A DNA stretch of 64,000 nt from Candidatus Binatia bacterium (GCA_963664015.2 CAXXLF010000001.1:288001-352000); one strand, 5' to 3'; positions 11,016 to 22,206 are shown, numbered from the stretch's first letter. Numbers and translations are program-made. The notes: a model not told the origin generated them from the sequence alone.

Positions 11016-11167
11016 GATCCCCCCGAGGTCACCATAGTGCTGCCTGTTAGCCTCGGCAACAAAAAGGACTTCCCCTCCACCGAGTCCGACGCCTTATGTC
11101 ACCTGGGTGAATATTCCCCGACAACCCAAGGCGCGAAAATGGATTTTCCGACTGCTTGGATCTGGAC

Positions 11168-12268
11168 TTAACCGGCCTTAGCCACATCCCGCTGCGAACA
11201 CCAGTCAATCATAGTTCCCATCCCACAGTGCGCTCCTGCTTTCTCCAGTGCGGACTCAAAAATCTGGTGGATCTTCCGATTCTCATCCCCATACTCGATC
11301 TGTCCGCCGCCCTCCTTGACGCTTTTATCGATGCGCTTCTCATCTGAGACCGCCGCGAATCGGAAGCGCCAATTGTTCCACCGTAGGGCCAAGTAGCGGG
11401 CGGGTTCGTCGCCGGCGTTGAAGTGCTGATGGAACCATTTTGTCGGAGGGACGATAACGCTTCCCGGCTTCCAGTCCACTCGCCGAGGCTCTGCACCCTC
11501 CTCGGACCAGAGCAGAGAGTAACCCTTTCCGCTTAGGATGGTCACGTGGGCACCGGGCCCATGACGGTGGGCCTTCTTGTAAGTCCCCACCGGAAACTCA
11601 GAGATATGGGCCCCCATGACGTTACCGGCAAGATCGAAGTTGATGTTGGATCCACCGGCCCCCCGCTCTTTCCAATCATGGAGCGTAATATCCTTGGTGT
11701 TGGGGATGAAGTTCACAGATAGCTTGCGCTCCCCCCAGGCCTGCCCCTTGCCGCTGAAGTAGTCCTCTTCTTCCGAAGCAAAGCGGTCGGTAAAGGTAAA
11801 GTCATTGTCAAAGACAAAGTCCATATTGTGGAACAGATTGATAATAAAAGGGGCGTTGGTCACGGCAAAGTACCGCACCGGGGAGCTTCCCTGGCCGTTG
11901 AAGTGCTGATACCAGGCGTTCAACGGGATCGCGAATAAACTCCCAGGATGCCATTCGAATGTGTGCTTCTTACCGTCCTTTTGCCAAACGGAAGTAGCCC
12001 CATGGCCATCGACGATGTACACCATCTCCTCATAGAGGTGCCGAAGCTGCTTAGACTTCCCCCCCGGCGGTATCTCGCAGACATAGGCGTCGTTACTCCC
12101 GCCGGTCCCTTCCAGATTGATAAAGGCCCCAAGGGTGCCGGTGAGGTCCCAGGGAGCTACCTCAACATCCTTGAGATCTTCAATATAAAATTGTTTGTTG
12201 ACGGGAATTTTCTGGGATTTTTGCCAGTCATCGTAGGAATCGACTCTCTCATCATCCATATATTTCAT
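11168..12268 (-). CDS. Bicupin-domain protein (gentisate 1,2-dioxygenase-like fold)
   Basis: Two cupin motifs: RHLYEE...WYQHFN and KAHRHGPG...WFHQHFN. Confidence 0.82.
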   Translation of the reverse strand: MKYMDDERVDSYDDWQKSQKIPVNKQFYIEDLKDVEVAPWDLTGTLGAFINLEGTGGSNDAYVCEIPPGGKSKQLRHLYEEMVYIVDGHGATSVWQKDGKKHTFEWHPGSLFAIPLNAWYQHFNGQGSSPVRYFAVTNAPFIINLFHNMDFVFDNDFTFTDRFASEEEDYFSGKGQAWGERKLSVNFIPNTKDITLHDWKERGAGGSNINFDLAGNVMGAHISEFPVGTYKKAHRHGPGAHVTILSGKGYSLLWSEEGAEPRRVDWKPGSVIVPPTKWFHQHFNAGDEPARYLALRWNNWRFRFAAVSDEKRIDKSVKEGGGQIEYGDENRKIHQIFESALEKAGAHCGMGTMIDWCSQRDVAKAG

Positions 12269-12411
12269 ATATCGCCCCCTCCTTGGGTTTTATCACCAGA
12301 TCACCCCCACACCGGCTGGCTATAGGCCAATCAGCGCAGGTCCACAGTAGACTTTTATTCTTTTATCAGGTCTCTTACGATTTGGAAAGTGCTGCCTAGT
12401 CCCTGGCTATC

Positions 12412-13579
12412 TTAATCCCGAATATCCTGTAAAAGCCACTCTGTCGGTACTTCTCTGCCCAATCTGGCCTGCTTCGCCAGGTCATAGACGAGCGACCCAA
12501 CGGTTACAAACTGCATGCACTGTTTCATCCCACCCCCTAACCGGCCACCACCAGAGGCGCTGATCTCGTTATCGCTCATCCTCCCCCCCCCCCTGACCTC
12601 CAATCAGGTCGACCAGCGGCACCCTCCTCGCCCGAAGGGCATCTTGAACTTCCGGTTTGGCCTGCACCTCACCTGCCAGTATCCGATCTCCATGGCCGAA
12701 CTCCCCCCGCCTTGATCCTCTGGAGGTCTTCAGCGCCTGCCGGATTCCCGCCAGATTAGGTGGTAAAGCCTGCCGAATCATCGAGCCCCGAACCCCGGAT
12801 CAACTGGCTCTTCGGATCACCTCCGATGCAAACGTCTACTTTCGGGTAGACATCATCCGCATACTCACCGGCGACTTGTGTCAGGGGCATCCCCGGTTCC
12901 AACGTCCCGGCAAACACCGTCGAGTCAATGGAGTTTGTGCAGGTGGAAAGGATATCCACCCTCTTGACGGCCTCATCCGGACTGTCACAGGGAGTCACCT
13001 CAATGGACAGTTGTTCCGCCATCTCTTCCGCATAGAGTTCTCTACTTACTTTCGTCGGACTGTAGACCTTCGGTTTCTTGATTTTCCTCACCCCGGCAAA
13101 GGCCATCAGATGACTTCGGGCCATTCCTTCAGCTCCCAACATCCCCACGATGGATGCGTCCTCCTTGGCAAGATATTTTGTCCCCAGTCCTACCAGTGCT
13201 CCCACCCTGATGTGTTGCGAGTATCCATCGTTGGTAATCGCCAAAGGTTCGCCGTTGCTCGTATCAAGAAGAAAGATCAGGGCGCAATAAAGCCCCGGAC
13301 GAACGCAGTACTTTTCCTCGATGATCTTCCCATCTCTTCGAGGCCAACTCATAATATCCGATTTCATCCGGATCGCGTGACGCTGGAGCCCCTTGCTCGA
13401 GCTTTCCATGGTACCCCACCGGTGAAAGCTCCCGACCGACGCCGTCTCTGTGTAGATATCCAATCGAGGCCTCACGACGAGTTCTGCCTTGCGAGTTCTC
13501 TGTGTCCCTCTTCAAGGACCCGCAAGGTATCCTTCATCGTCAGAACCCTCGCAACATCTTAATTATTTATGAACAGCAC
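12412..13579 (-). pseudogene. Ornithine cyclodeaminase/mu-crystallin family pseudogene
   Basis: GTG at 13579 reads MLFINN*DVARVLTM (TAA at 13559-13561), then a frameshift into RPRLDIY...IRVGALVGLGTKYLA...DILSTCTNS. Further frameshifts near 12757 and in the poly-C at ~12583-12593. C-terminus GSLVYDLAKQARLGREVPTEWLLQDIRD. Confidence 0.85.
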
Positions 13580-13584
13580 TTTCC

Positions 13585-14568
13585 CTAATTCCAATAAGCG
13601 AATGCAATGCCGTGGCCAGTCCCCGCGGGAGAACGATAACAAGGTATATAGTCGATCAGCGTCATTGACGACTCTTCCATGGCCCCCGCGAGTGTCACCC
13701 AATTTAGAATTTCCGGCGTCCCCGGGGCCCCATTCAATCGTTCTCTTGATAGAGAACAGAGCAGCCGGGCGTCCTTTTCCTTTAAGCCCCGAATGACCTC
13801 GTGGTCCAGCTCTTGATCTATAATCTGGTGGCTGAGCCCGCCGGAAGCCATAATCGCGACCCTTTTGTCCGAATCCCAGGACTCGATACCCCGTTTCAGG
13901 GCCTGGCCGAGGGCGTAGCACCGACCGGGCATAGCCTGGCTCGGCAAATAACGGCTGAGGATAAACGGCACCATCGGAACGCTGCCGTCGGTTTGATAGA
14001 ACTCATAGAAGGTCCTGAACGCCTCGTCCAACTCGTGCTCTTGGCGAAACCGATTGAATGACGCGATGTCAAACCCGTCCCCAATTAGGCTGTCGATCAA
14101 GTGACTGGCCAGCTCAGGTTGAGCGGGATAGGTCCCTCGGCCCTCATGGGGTCTGGACCGAATGACCGGCGCGGGTCCCGAGAGATGGCCCGTACTTGGA
14201 TCCGACGCCCTGCGGGTGCTGGCCGCACTACGTTCCGGGGTCTCCTCGCCCCAATAGACAGCGAACACTGCATGGGTATCGTCGGGGAGGACCCCGTGGG
14301 GATTACTGACTACGATAACCACATCGGGTTTGGCTTGAGCTATGACATCGGTCAGTTTCTCCTTGCCTGACTGGCACCTGTCGTAGCGTTCCTGTTTTTT
14401 CTGCAGTGTGATTTCCTGAGCGATGGCGGGGTCCGCCTTCTTAAGCAGCTCTTGATAATTGTATCGCGGGTCCTTTTTGTCGCGTTCAGCGATACGGTCC
14501 CAATCTCCGGGTAAGGTTCGGATTGTTGGCCCATGGGAACTACCGAATCCCAAGACTAATTTTGCCAT
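13585..14568 (-). CDS. Class III extradiol ring-cleavage dioxygenase (LigB-like)
   Basis: GFGSSHGP, KPDVVIVVSN, MASGGLSH, GTPEILNW, YIPCYRSPAGTG. Confidence 0.85.
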   Translation of the reverse strand: MAKLVLGFGSSHGPTIRTLPGDWDRIAERDKKDPRYNYQELLKKADPAIAQEITLQKKQERYDRCQSGKEKLTDVIAQAKPDVVIVVSNPHGVLPDDTHAVFAVYWGEETPERSAASTRRASDPSTGHLSGPAPVIRSRPHEGRGTYPAQPELASHLIDSLIGDGFDIASFNRFRQEHELDEAFRTFYEFYQTDGSVPMVPFILSRYLPSQAMPGRCYALGQALKRGIESWDSDKRVAIMASGGLSHQIIDQELDHEVIRGLKEKDARLLCSLSRERLNGAPGTPEILNWVTLAGAMEESSMTLIDYIPCYRSPAGTGHGIAFAYWN

Positions 14569-14666
14569 TGAATAACCCTCCTTTTCATACCTTCAAGGAA
14601 GCCCCATCCATCCTTGAAGCTGATCATGGACGTCGTTAACCGGGCAAAGGGGGAGTGAACGTTATT

Positions 14667-15641
14667 TCACTGGTACTGCCCAGGTAAACCTGCGGCAAAA
14701 AGCTCTTCAAGTTTCATTGGGCGACCAATCAACCCTTGTTCGTAGGCCGCCTGAATAAACGCCTCCAACGGCTTTCGGTTCAATCCAATGCCGTAGGGCC
14801 ACTGGTCCTCACCCATCAGTTCACCCATCTCCTCGATCCAGATTCCGGAGTTTTGCCTCTCCACTACCGATGACTGTGCTTTTGCATAGACCTGTTTCTT
14901 GGCTTCCTGATAAGCATCGCAGAGGTTACCCGGAAGCCCGGGATTTTCTGCAACGAGTTTCTCCTTGATCACCGTTACATGCATAATGGGAAAGATCCCC
15001 GTCTTTTTGAAATAATCCTTCTGAGCAGCGATATTATCAGGGTAAGCGGGCATCGCCACGTCCTTCAACTGTTCAGCCTGTGCCCCCGGTTGAGGATTAC
15101 CGGGGCTGATACAGGCATCGATCTCTCCCGCTGCCAGCAAGTCGAGTGGCGTGCGATCGCTGGTATCCTGCCTGATCTTTACCTTGGAAGGGAACGTCAA
15201 GCCTTCCATGCGCTCACTTCTGGTGGTTACCCAGGTAACATCTTCCGGCCGAATCCCGTGCATCTGGTTGAGGACGATCCGCTGCCAGACCGATGATGAC
15301 ATCCAATACTGGGAGACCCCCATCCGTTTTCCCTTCAGATCCGAGAGAGCACGCATCCGGGCTTTCTTCGCCATGAGAAATCCCCCCTGGAGGAAACGGC
15401 GCCCGGAGGTAAATAGCGGCAGGGCTACAAGGGGCACCCCCTGCTCCCGTCCCTTGACGAAGGTGGCGATGGACATCTCGGCAACGTCAAACTCGAGGTT
15501 AAGCATCCGCCGGGAGAGTTTGTCCATGCTATGGGCCTCTTCCGGTCTCAATTTAATCCCTTTGGGATCGATTGTACCTTCCAGCAGAGGGCGAGTCAGT
15601 GCCGACGAAGTGGCCGAATATAAGAGTTCCAGATCTGCCAT
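14667..15641 (-). CDS. 4,5-dihydroxyphthalate decarboxylase (OphC)-like / PhnD-SsuA binding-protein fold protein
   Basis: EFDVAEMS, ALPLF, DLKGKRMGV, TGIFPIMH, WPYGI...NRKPLE; no signal peptide. Confidence 0.8.
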   Translation of the reverse strand: MADLELLYSATSSALTRPLLEGTIDPKGIKLRPEEAHSMDKLSRRMLNLEFDVAEMSIATFVKGREQGVPLVALPLFTSGRRFLQGGFLMAKKARMRALSDLKGKRMGVSQYWMSSSVWQRIVLNQMHGIRPEDVTWVTTRSERMEGLTFPSKVKIRQDTSDRTPLDLLAAGEIDACISPGNPQPGAQAEQLKDVAMPAYPDNIAAQKDYFKKTGIFPIMHVTVIKEKLVAENPGLPGNLCDAYQEAKKQVYAKAQSSVVERQNSGIWIEEMGELMGEDQWPYGIGLNRKPLEAFIQAAYEQGLIGRPMKLEELFAAGLPGQYQ

Positions 15642-15700
15642 GATAATCCCTTGTTCAACTCTAGGATGAATCCCGCGCCCACTCCCCAGGCCCGTGGGCT

Positions 15701-16843
15701 TTATGCCTGTTGACCGTCAGCGGGAAAAAGGGCAACGCACTTGCACGAGTTGAAGATGTAGGTTTCCGAGTAAGCTAGGATCTGAGCCTTACGCCCCTCC
15801 ATAGCCCCAGCCAAACAGATCCAGTTGCGCATTTCGTGCTGGCCGGAGGCGCGGAGTTTTTCCGGATCCAACTCTCTCCACATGTGATGTTGTCCCGCCT
15901 TGAGCTGCTCATAATGCCGGCGGTCGGAATCGACGTCCCCCCACAGGAATCCGTGCATGTTGGTAAGGGAAGCATGGGACCAACTCGACGAACCGATGAT
16001 GACCGCCCGATACGGGCTCTCCTTGATAATTTGCGCTACGGTTTTTCCCAGATCATAGCAACGCCAGGGCGGCGGAGAACCGGGGGGCAGGCTCTCCCCA
16101 CTCTCAAGGCGCCGCGCCATTTCCTCAGGATCCGGTAGACGGCCGCGCCATTCACCTGATCCTAGGGAGGGCATGCGCATGTCTTCCCCGTAGCAGTTCA
16201 CATGAAAAGGGATAATGGGATGGGCAAACCCCTTGCGGTCCCAGTCCAGATAATCAAGGGTACCGCTGAAAGCGTGACCAATGGTAGTGGCATTGTTTAA
16301 TTTCGATGACCAGCCGACGTCGAAGCCACGATGGATCAATTCGGTAGCGATCATGGTCCCGATCTTCTTTGCCCCCTTAAACTGGGGTTGCATCCGCGGA
16401 CGCTCCATCGGCAGGCCAACGTTGGTGAGCCCAGTATCCAATATTCCTTTGGGTCCATGTTCGACCCGTATGCCCCCGCTCCGCTTACTCATCTCAAACT
16501 TATCGTGGGAAAAAATACTAAAGGGAGGAAAGATGTTTTCTTTGAAATTCTCGTACTGGTCGTCGCCGAAGATCAAGACAAAATCGGGCTTGAAATTGTC
16601 AATGGCTTCGCGGGCAGCCTTGTAACCGGCGAGAACTTCCTTGCGGTGCTTGGCCGCCGACTTGACCCCCTCGTCATCCCCCCACTCTTCCCTCATCTCC
16701 TCAGGCCAATTCTCGGGATCTTTCCAGTGTGCCGGGGTCTTCTTATTGCGAAGGTTGAGGCGAAAATAGTTATTCGCCATAGTTTCGTCGGTAAACTGAA
16801 GATGGGGGCCATGGGGACACCCAATGCCTAATATTTCGCCCAT
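15701..16843 (-). CDS. Class III extradiol dioxygenase (LigB-like), second paralog
   Basis: GCPHGP, KPDFVLIFGDDQYENF, GHAF, GSSSWSH, GQHEMRNW. Confidence 0.85.
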   Translation of the reverse strand: MGEILGIGCPHGPHLQFTDETMANNYFRLNLRNKKTPAHWKDPENWPEEMREEWGDDEGVKSAAKHRKEVLAGYKAAREAIDNFKPDFVLIFGDDQYENFKENIFPPFSIFSHDKFEMSKRSGGIRVEHGPKGILDTGLTNVGLPMERPRMQPQFKGAKKIGTMIATELIHRGFDVGWSSKLNNATTIGHAFSGTLDYLDWDRKGFAHPIIPFHVNCYGEDMRMPSLGSGEWRGRLPDPEEMARRLESGESLPPGSPPPWRCYDLGKTVAQIIKESPYRAVIIGSSSWSHASLTNMHGFLWGDVDSDRRHYEQLKAGQHHMWRELDPEKLRASGQHEMRNWICLAGAMEGRKAQILAYSETYIFNSCKCVALFPADGQQA

Positions 16844-16864
16844 GGCCGTTCCCTCCTCAATTCA

Positions 16865-17854
16865 TTATCCCAGGTAGCCGCATTTGGCCCAGAAGCGCTC
16901 AGCCGCGGGATGTAGCGGGATATCCAGCGGGCCCTCGGGAGAGTCCTTGCACATGCGCTCCAGGGGGAAAGGCCCCTCGCCTTGCCATGGGATCCGGTCT
17001 TTTCTCGCCTCTAAGGCAGCGCAAATCGATGTCACCACTTCATCGGAAACGTTAGCGTGCGTGTAAATAGGCCAACCACTGAAATCCAGAGTAAGCACAT
17101 CACCAGGGAGTTTGGGCCATCTCTCCTTCTTCAGTAAGGATCGACGAAACCCCATGGACTCCAGCTTCTGGACCACCAGTTCCTGGAGAGCCAACGCACG
17201 AAAGCCAGCGTCGAGGGCCAATCCTATCCAGGCGTTGACCGCCTCATCGAAGATAGCGTCAATATCTCCCCGCTTGGCAAGGTCAATCCGCGTTGTCTCG
17301 TAATTCGACCCTGAAGTTGAAATGCCGTTGGGAAGTCCCGGATCGTAACGGACCTCCCCACCCCACTTGACGATGTCATCGAGAGAAAACCCAAGGGTTT
17401 CTAGTACGACCTTCTCCAAAAAATGGTTCGAATGATCACGCTGGCCGCGCAGGGAGACTCGGAGTGGGTATTTTTTATCGCGAATGTCCTCAAGAGAAGT
17501 AAGACCCGTCCGCTCGCTGACCGTAAAGGCATAAGAGTCCAGCGACGGGATCACGGCAATGGCGCGCAAGGGGATCGGTTCCTTAAAGGGTCCGGTCCCA
17601 CGTACCGCAAGGGTCAGCGGCTCCGCCGGGTTAATGATCGCCAGGTGGACCTCCCCGCGGGCTACCTTTTCAATAGCTTCGTGACTGTCGCTACCGAAGA
17701 GGCAAATTCCGGTCTGCTCGCCTCCCTGGGGCCGCATGGTTACACTGGCCTGTTGGAACGGCCAGTCATTGTTTACGGCCAAAGCGTCGGCAATTTCCAA
17801 TACGACCTTGGACCGGGTAACAACGGGTCGGACGTAACGTCGAGGTGCTTGCAT
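16865..17854 (-). CDS. TAXI-family TRAP solute-binding-like protein without signal peptide
   Basis: PLRAIAVIPS, TGLTSLEDI and C-terminal PLHPAAERFW. Confidence 0.7.
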   Translation of the reverse strand: MQAPRRYVRPVVTRSKVVLEIADALAVNNDWPFQQASVTMRPQGGEQTGICLFGSDSHEAIEKVARGEVHLAIINPAEPLTLAVRGTGPFKEPIPLRAIAVIPSLDSYAFTVSERTGLTSLEDIRDKKYPLRVSLRGQRDHSNHFLEKVVLETLGFSLDDIVKWGGEVRYDPGLPNGISTSGSNYETTRIDLAKRGDIDAIFDEAVNAWIGLALDAGFRALALQELVVQKLESMGFRRSLLKKERWPKLPGDVLTLDFSGWPIYTHANVSDEVVTSICAALEARKDRIPWQGEGPFPLERMCKDSPEGPLDIPLHPAAERFWAKCGYLG

Positions 17855-17879
17855 GCAATGCTCCTTTCAAAACGAAGGG

Positions 17880-19541
17880 TTAATGTTGCGATGGGAATCC
17901 CTCTTTAGGATCAAGGACGACATCCACCAGGGTTGGTTTATTGGATTCGAGCCCTTTGCGAAGAGCACCGTTGATTTCATCAGGCCGTTCGACCCGAATC
18001 CCCTCGCATTTGAGATCTTTGGCGATATCCGCAAAGTTCAACCCGGGCACAAAGTTCATTTCATCTTTGAGGGCATACTCTTTCATGTGGTTTTTCTCAA
18101 GGAGATAAGACCCATTGTTAAAGACAACCACCGTGATAGGGATCTTGTATCGAGCGGCCACCTCCAACTCGGGAAGAATCCCGCACATGATTCCACCGTC
18201 GCCCTCGAGACAAATGACTTTCTTATCCGGCGCGGCGAGCTTGGCCCCCAAAGCCATGGGCAGGCCGGTTCCTATGGCACCGGTTCCTCTAGGCGTTATG
18301 AAGGTCGGACCTGCATCGACGAAGGTGTGACTGGTCGCCCACATAAAGGGACTGGAGCCGTCGGAAACGAGAATCGTATCGGGCCCGATCAAATTGCGTA
18401 CCTCCCGCATCAAACGGGCCGGATGGATCGGGGAAGCGTTTGAATCGGTGGTTGCCGCGTTATCCTGCACCCATTGATCCAGGTGTTTTTTTATTTCTTC
18501 GGTCCGTGAGGTCTTGGGCTTGAAACCCTTATCTCTCAGTGACTTCACCAGGGCCTCCAGGCCGAGCTTTGCGTCGGCAACAATACCCACCCGGGTTTGG
18601 TAGTTCCGTCCGATCTCTTTCGGATCGATATCCATATGAATGATCGTCGAGGTTGGATCAGGGACGGACCACCGGCTGGTGGCCATTTCGTTGGTACGGC
18701 TCCCCACGAGAAATACGACGTCCGAATCCTTAACGATCTGTCCGGCGACCCGTCCTCGACCCAGCCAACCACCGACGACAGCCCCTGTCGGCCCAGCGCT
18801 CAGCGGATGCCTCTCGGGGAAAGCGCCCTTACCGGAGATGGTCGTGGCCACCGGACACTGGGTCAGTTCGGCTAGCTCCCGAAGTGCCCCCCATGCCTGG
18901 GAAAGATTGACCCCACCCCCAGCGACAATGCAAGGCCGCTCTGCCTGGTGCAACAGGGAAACGGCCTCTTCAATGAGCTGAGGATCGGGAAGGATCCTTG
19001 TGGCCGGAAAAGTCGCGTACCGAGTCTCCGCATAGGGCTCCGTGTCAATATGATGCTGGACGGAAAAGGTTGCCCCCATACCCCGGATGTTCAATACCAC
19101 CGGACCGGGCCTACCGGTCGTCGCGATGCGAAAGGCCTTTCGCAGCATATCAGGTGCTTGAGACATATCGGTGATGTCGCCAATCCATTTGGAGACCGGC
19201 TTGACCATGCCGATCTGATCCTGTTCATAAAGACCATTTTTGCCCTCGTTGGCTAACGCGAGACCTTCCATGAGAACAATGATCGGGACTGAGGAGTTCC
19301 ACGCTTCGGTCAGGGCCATAATCACGTTCATGGTCCCCGGCCGATTCAGTGTGATGACTCCCGGTTTCCCGCTGATTCGGGCATACCCGTAAGCCATGAG
19401 TCCAGCTGAGGTCTCGTGATGAATGTTGATAGGCCTGATCTTGGAGAGGTCTATTTCCGGATAGATGCGCATCCCGATGATCTGCGGGATCCCGTATTGG
19501 ATCAGCATCTCGGTGAAGTGATTGTAGACATGTGCTTTCAT
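17880..19541 (-). CDS. Thiamine diphosphate-dependent enzyme (acetolactate synthase-like)
   Basis: HHETSAGLMAYGYAR, GRPGPV, EGDGG...VVFNN ThDP motif. Confidence 0.88.
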   Translation of the reverse strand: MKAHVYNHFTEMLIQYGIPQIIGMRIYPEIDLSKIRPINIHHETSAGLMAYGYARISGKPGVITLNRPGTMNVIMALTEAWNSSVPIIVLMEGLALANEGKNGLYEQDQIGMVKPVSKWIGDITDMSQAPDMLRKAFRIATTGRPGPVVLNIRGMGATFSVQHHIDTEPYAETRYATFPATRILPDPQLIEEAVSLLHQAERPCIVAGGGVNLSQAWGALRELAELTQCPVATTISGKGAFPERHPLSAGPTGAVVGGWLGRGRVAGQIVKDSDVVFLVGSRTNEMATSRWSVPDPTSTIIHMDIDPKEIGRNYQTRVGIVADAKLGLEALVKSLRDKGFKPKTSRTEEIKKHLDQWVQDNAATTDSNASPIHPARLMREVRNLIGPDTILVSDGSSPFMWATSHTFVDAGPTFITPRGTGAIGTGLPMALGAKLAAPDKKVICLEGDGGIMCGILPELEVAARYKIPITVVVFNNGSYLLEKNHMKEYALKDEMNFVPGLNFADIAKDLKCEGIRVERPDEINGALRKGLESNKPTLVDVVLDPKEGFPSQH

Positions 19542-19614
19542 TTGCTCTGTGTTGTCCTTTCTATTCCACCAGGGATCCGCGCAAGGTGAGCCAATTTTCC
19601 ATTGACCGAAAATT

Positions 19615-20823
19615 TCATGCGGCAGCGCCCGCCATTATTTGCAGTGCAGGCCTGAGGGGGGACGGGACCTGGTGCTTCATGAGGATTTCCTTGTGTTCGC
19701 GACCCGACTCGATCATCGCGATGCATGCCTCGAGAGTCGCCCTTCCCCAGCGGACGTCGGGGAAGGAGGGACGGCTCTCTCGCACCGCATCGACCAGCGC
19801 CTGTATTTCACCAGCGCGAAGTTCCCGTTCCGTCATCAGGACTTCTTCCCGTCCCTTCTCCGTATAGACATAAAGGCCGTCGGGGGATTGGCGGATATCT
19901 CCCCGCTCGCAGCTCACGACCAATAACCCGAAGAAATCCTGCTTTCTGACTCCCCCCGCGTTCAATGCCTCGATCGAGTACTGCGGGAGGTTATAAAACT
20001 CTTCAGCGGCAATGGGGCCGGTCGCCCTGGGCTTCGGTCCCAAAATAGTTTCCTCCGGCGCAATTCTCCCCCCCTCGCCGATCCCCCAGGTCAGCTCGCG
20101 GATATCAAAATTGGCATAGCCATTGAAACTGATCGCCGCAGTGGGTCCATCCTCGAAATCAATGAAGGCGTGGTAGTCCCCTTCGACATCGTAGTGGGGC
20201 TGCCACTTCCCTGCCGTACCGCGTACGCTACGGACCATGCCGCCTGCCAGATAACGCACCACATCCATCTGGTGAGGCCCCTGCCGAAAGACCGCACCAC
20301 CACCACATTTGGGATCGAGCGTATGGACTTCCCACGGACGTTGAATCCAATCGTTATACATCCACGAGTTGATGTGAATGATCCTGCCCAACCGGCCACT
20401 GGCGAGGACCTCTCCCATCTTACGAATATAAGGACGATGGATCCGGCTGTGTCCCTGGACATATTTGACACCGTTGCGCTCGATGGCCGCAACCATCCCG
20501 TCTGCCTCGTCAATCGATATGGCCATGGGCTTCTCGCAAATAACGTGTTTGCCGTGGTCCGCAGCAAGAACGGTATGCTGGGCGTGGAAGTTGTTCGGGG
20601 TCGCCACCCACACAGCATCCACTGGAGCGTTTTTGCACATCTCTTCAATCTTAGTAAAGCCTTCAACGCCGTAACGCTTTGTAAATCGTTCCACCTCGTC
20701 GGCCCGGAGATCGCATACCGCCGTAAGCTCTGCCCCCTCCGTCTGCTCGATGCTCCCGAGGACCTGGCGCGCTGCGATACCGATCCCTACGATTCCTACT
20801 CGGACAACAGTGTTCTCAGCCAT
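19615..20823 (-). CDS. Gfo/Idh/MocA oxidoreductase (phthalate cis-dihydrodiol dehydrogenase OphB-like)
   Basis: VGIVGIG, HVICEKPMA, GGGAVFRQGPHQMD; AAGGAG RBS before ATG 20823. Confidence 0.85.
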   Translation of the reverse strand: MAENTVVRVGIVGIGIAARQVLGSIEQTEGAELTAVCDLRADEVERFTKRYGVEGFTKIEEMCKNAPVDAVWVATPNNFHAQHTVLAADHGKHVICEKPMAISIDEADGMVAAIERNGVKYVQGHSRIHRPYIRKMGEVLASGRLGRIIHINSWMYNDWIQRPWEVHTLDPKCGGGAVFRQGPHQMDVVRYLAGGMVRSVRGTAGKWQPHYDVEGDYHAFIDFEDGPTAAISFNGYANFDIRELTWGIGEGGRIAPEETILGPKPRATGPIAAEEFYNLPQYSIEALNAGGVRKQDFFGLLVVSCERGDIRQSPDGLYVYTEKGREEVLMTERELRAGEIQALVDAVRESRPSFPDVRWGRATLEACIAMIESGREHKEILMKHQVPSPLRPALQIMAGAAA

Positions 20824-20896
20824 GGCGCTCAACTCCTTTTTTACGGACTACTGAAGGGAAAATTATTATATAGGTGCCTACCCACCGGGTCGCAAC

Positions 20897-22150
20897 TCAT
20901 TCGGGACGCGGCCGGGCAGTGCCGAACGGGACTTCAAATACCTCATGCCTGTCATCAAAGACTTCATCCCTGCGTCTTACTCGGCTCAATTCTATGCCTT
21001 GATGACCTGCTCCCGCGCGGGTATCCCGCTCCGAGCACCATCCTTCTAAATCAATGATCGTATTCTGATCAGGGTTTCGAATGGTGTTCATAGGGTCCCC
21101 ACCTTTTTGCACCAACTCGATTTGTTCCTTTAGCATCATGCGATACATCAGAATTCCCCGATCGGACAACCCAGCGCTTTCCTCGGCCCGATTGAAGATC
21201 TCTCCCTGGGTTTCCCAAGCCATCTTGTCCTGGCTGTAAAAGGTATTCATCGTGTACTCGCCACTTGGATGGGTCTGTGGCGGTGGGTCTTCCAGCGGCG
21301 GCTCCTCTGGTTGGGTGACCGGCTTTCCGTCTTCGCTGGGTTTGAAATGGGCCACATAGATTTCCGTATGACTGTCGTCGGCAGGAACTCGCCAGTGCAT
21401 GGCGCTCCAGATATCCGACTGTCTAAACATCGTAGGAAACACGAGTGGATTTCCCCATCCGGACCCGGCGGTGTCGCCTTCGTACTCCCAGCTCTTTAGC
21501 AACCCCCACTGAAATGGCTGGAACCCATACCGAACAAACGGCCGACCGAGAAAATCCGTAGACATATTGTTCCGCCCCATTTTCTTAAATGAATAGGCGT
21601 GGAGGATCGAGGTGTGGACAAAATCCATGGAATTCTCGACTGCCTGAAGCCAGTTGCAGTTCAAGGTCTCCTGGCGCTCAATCCTCCGCTGACCCCGATC
21701 CCATACGAGGAGGTCCCAACGGGGCAGCAAGGGGGCCGGTTCGGGTCCCATGTATGCAAACAAGAGACCGGCCAGTTTCTGGACAGGATAGGCCCTATGC
21801 TTGATACTCTCCTTGAATTTAGGGTTCGGCTCGAATGGCTGTTCGACGCACTGACCCGACTTATCGTAGAGCCAGCCGTGATAGGGGCAACGCAGGCAAC
21901 CGTCTTCCAAAAAGCCATAGTACAAGGAGGTACCTCTGTGGGAGCAGTGTTCTTCCAAGAGACCGAACTCCCCTTTTTCGTCCCGAAAGAGTACCAGCTT
22001 TTCCCCCAATATCTTCACGCGTTTTTTCGGCCGGTTAGCGGTCAACTCACTTGCCGCGGCCACCGGGTACCAATAGCGGCGCAGCAACTCTCCGCACAGG
22101 GTTCCTGGACCTACGCGGGTTAACAGCTCGTTGTCTTCTTTGCTGAGCAT
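20897..22150 (-). CDS. Rieske non-heme iron oxygenase alpha subunit (phthalate dioxygenase/LigXa-like), copy A
   Basis: CSH...CPYH Rieske motif; ENSMDFVHTSILH and QDKMAWE mononuclear Fe ligands. Confidence 0.92.
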   Translation of the reverse strand: MLSKEDNELLTRVGPGTLCGELLRRYWYPVAAASELTANRPKKRVKILGEKLVLFRDEKGEFGLLEEHCSHRGTSLYYGFLEDGCLRCPYHGWLYDKSGQCVEQPFEPNPKFKESIKHRAYPVQKLAGLLFAYMGPEPAPLLPRWDLLVWDRGQRRIERQETLNCNWLQAVENSMDFVHTSILHAYSFKKMGRNNMSTDFLGRPFVRYGFQPFQWGLLKSWEYEGDTAGSGWGNPLVFPTMFRQSDIWSAMHWRVPADDSHTEIYVAHFKPSEDGKPVTQPEEPPLEDPPPQTHPSGEYTMNTFYSQDKMAWETQGEIFNRAEESAGLSDRGILMYRMMLKEQIELVQKGGDPMNTIRNPDQNTIIDLEGWCSERDTRAGAGHQGIELSRVRRRDEVFDDRHEVFEVPFGTARPRPE

Positions 22151-22206
22151 CGTCCTTCCTCCGAGTCAATACTGGGACCTAAAGATCCTGAAGTCTCTCC
22201 TTTTGT

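Noticed and set aside
3462-13561. Stop-codon reassignment suggested by in-frame TAA in purU, the hydroxyacyl-CoA dehydrogenase and OCD
   Set aside because: Intact genes here end in TAA, TAG and TGA. purU and OCD also carry active-site decay or frameshifts, and no suppressor tRNA is present.
12657-13562. Long antisense ORFs (12657..13562, 20170..21057, 29110..29919, 34236..34925, 7908..8543)
   Set aside because: They are shadow frames opposite recognisable genes and contain no family motifs.
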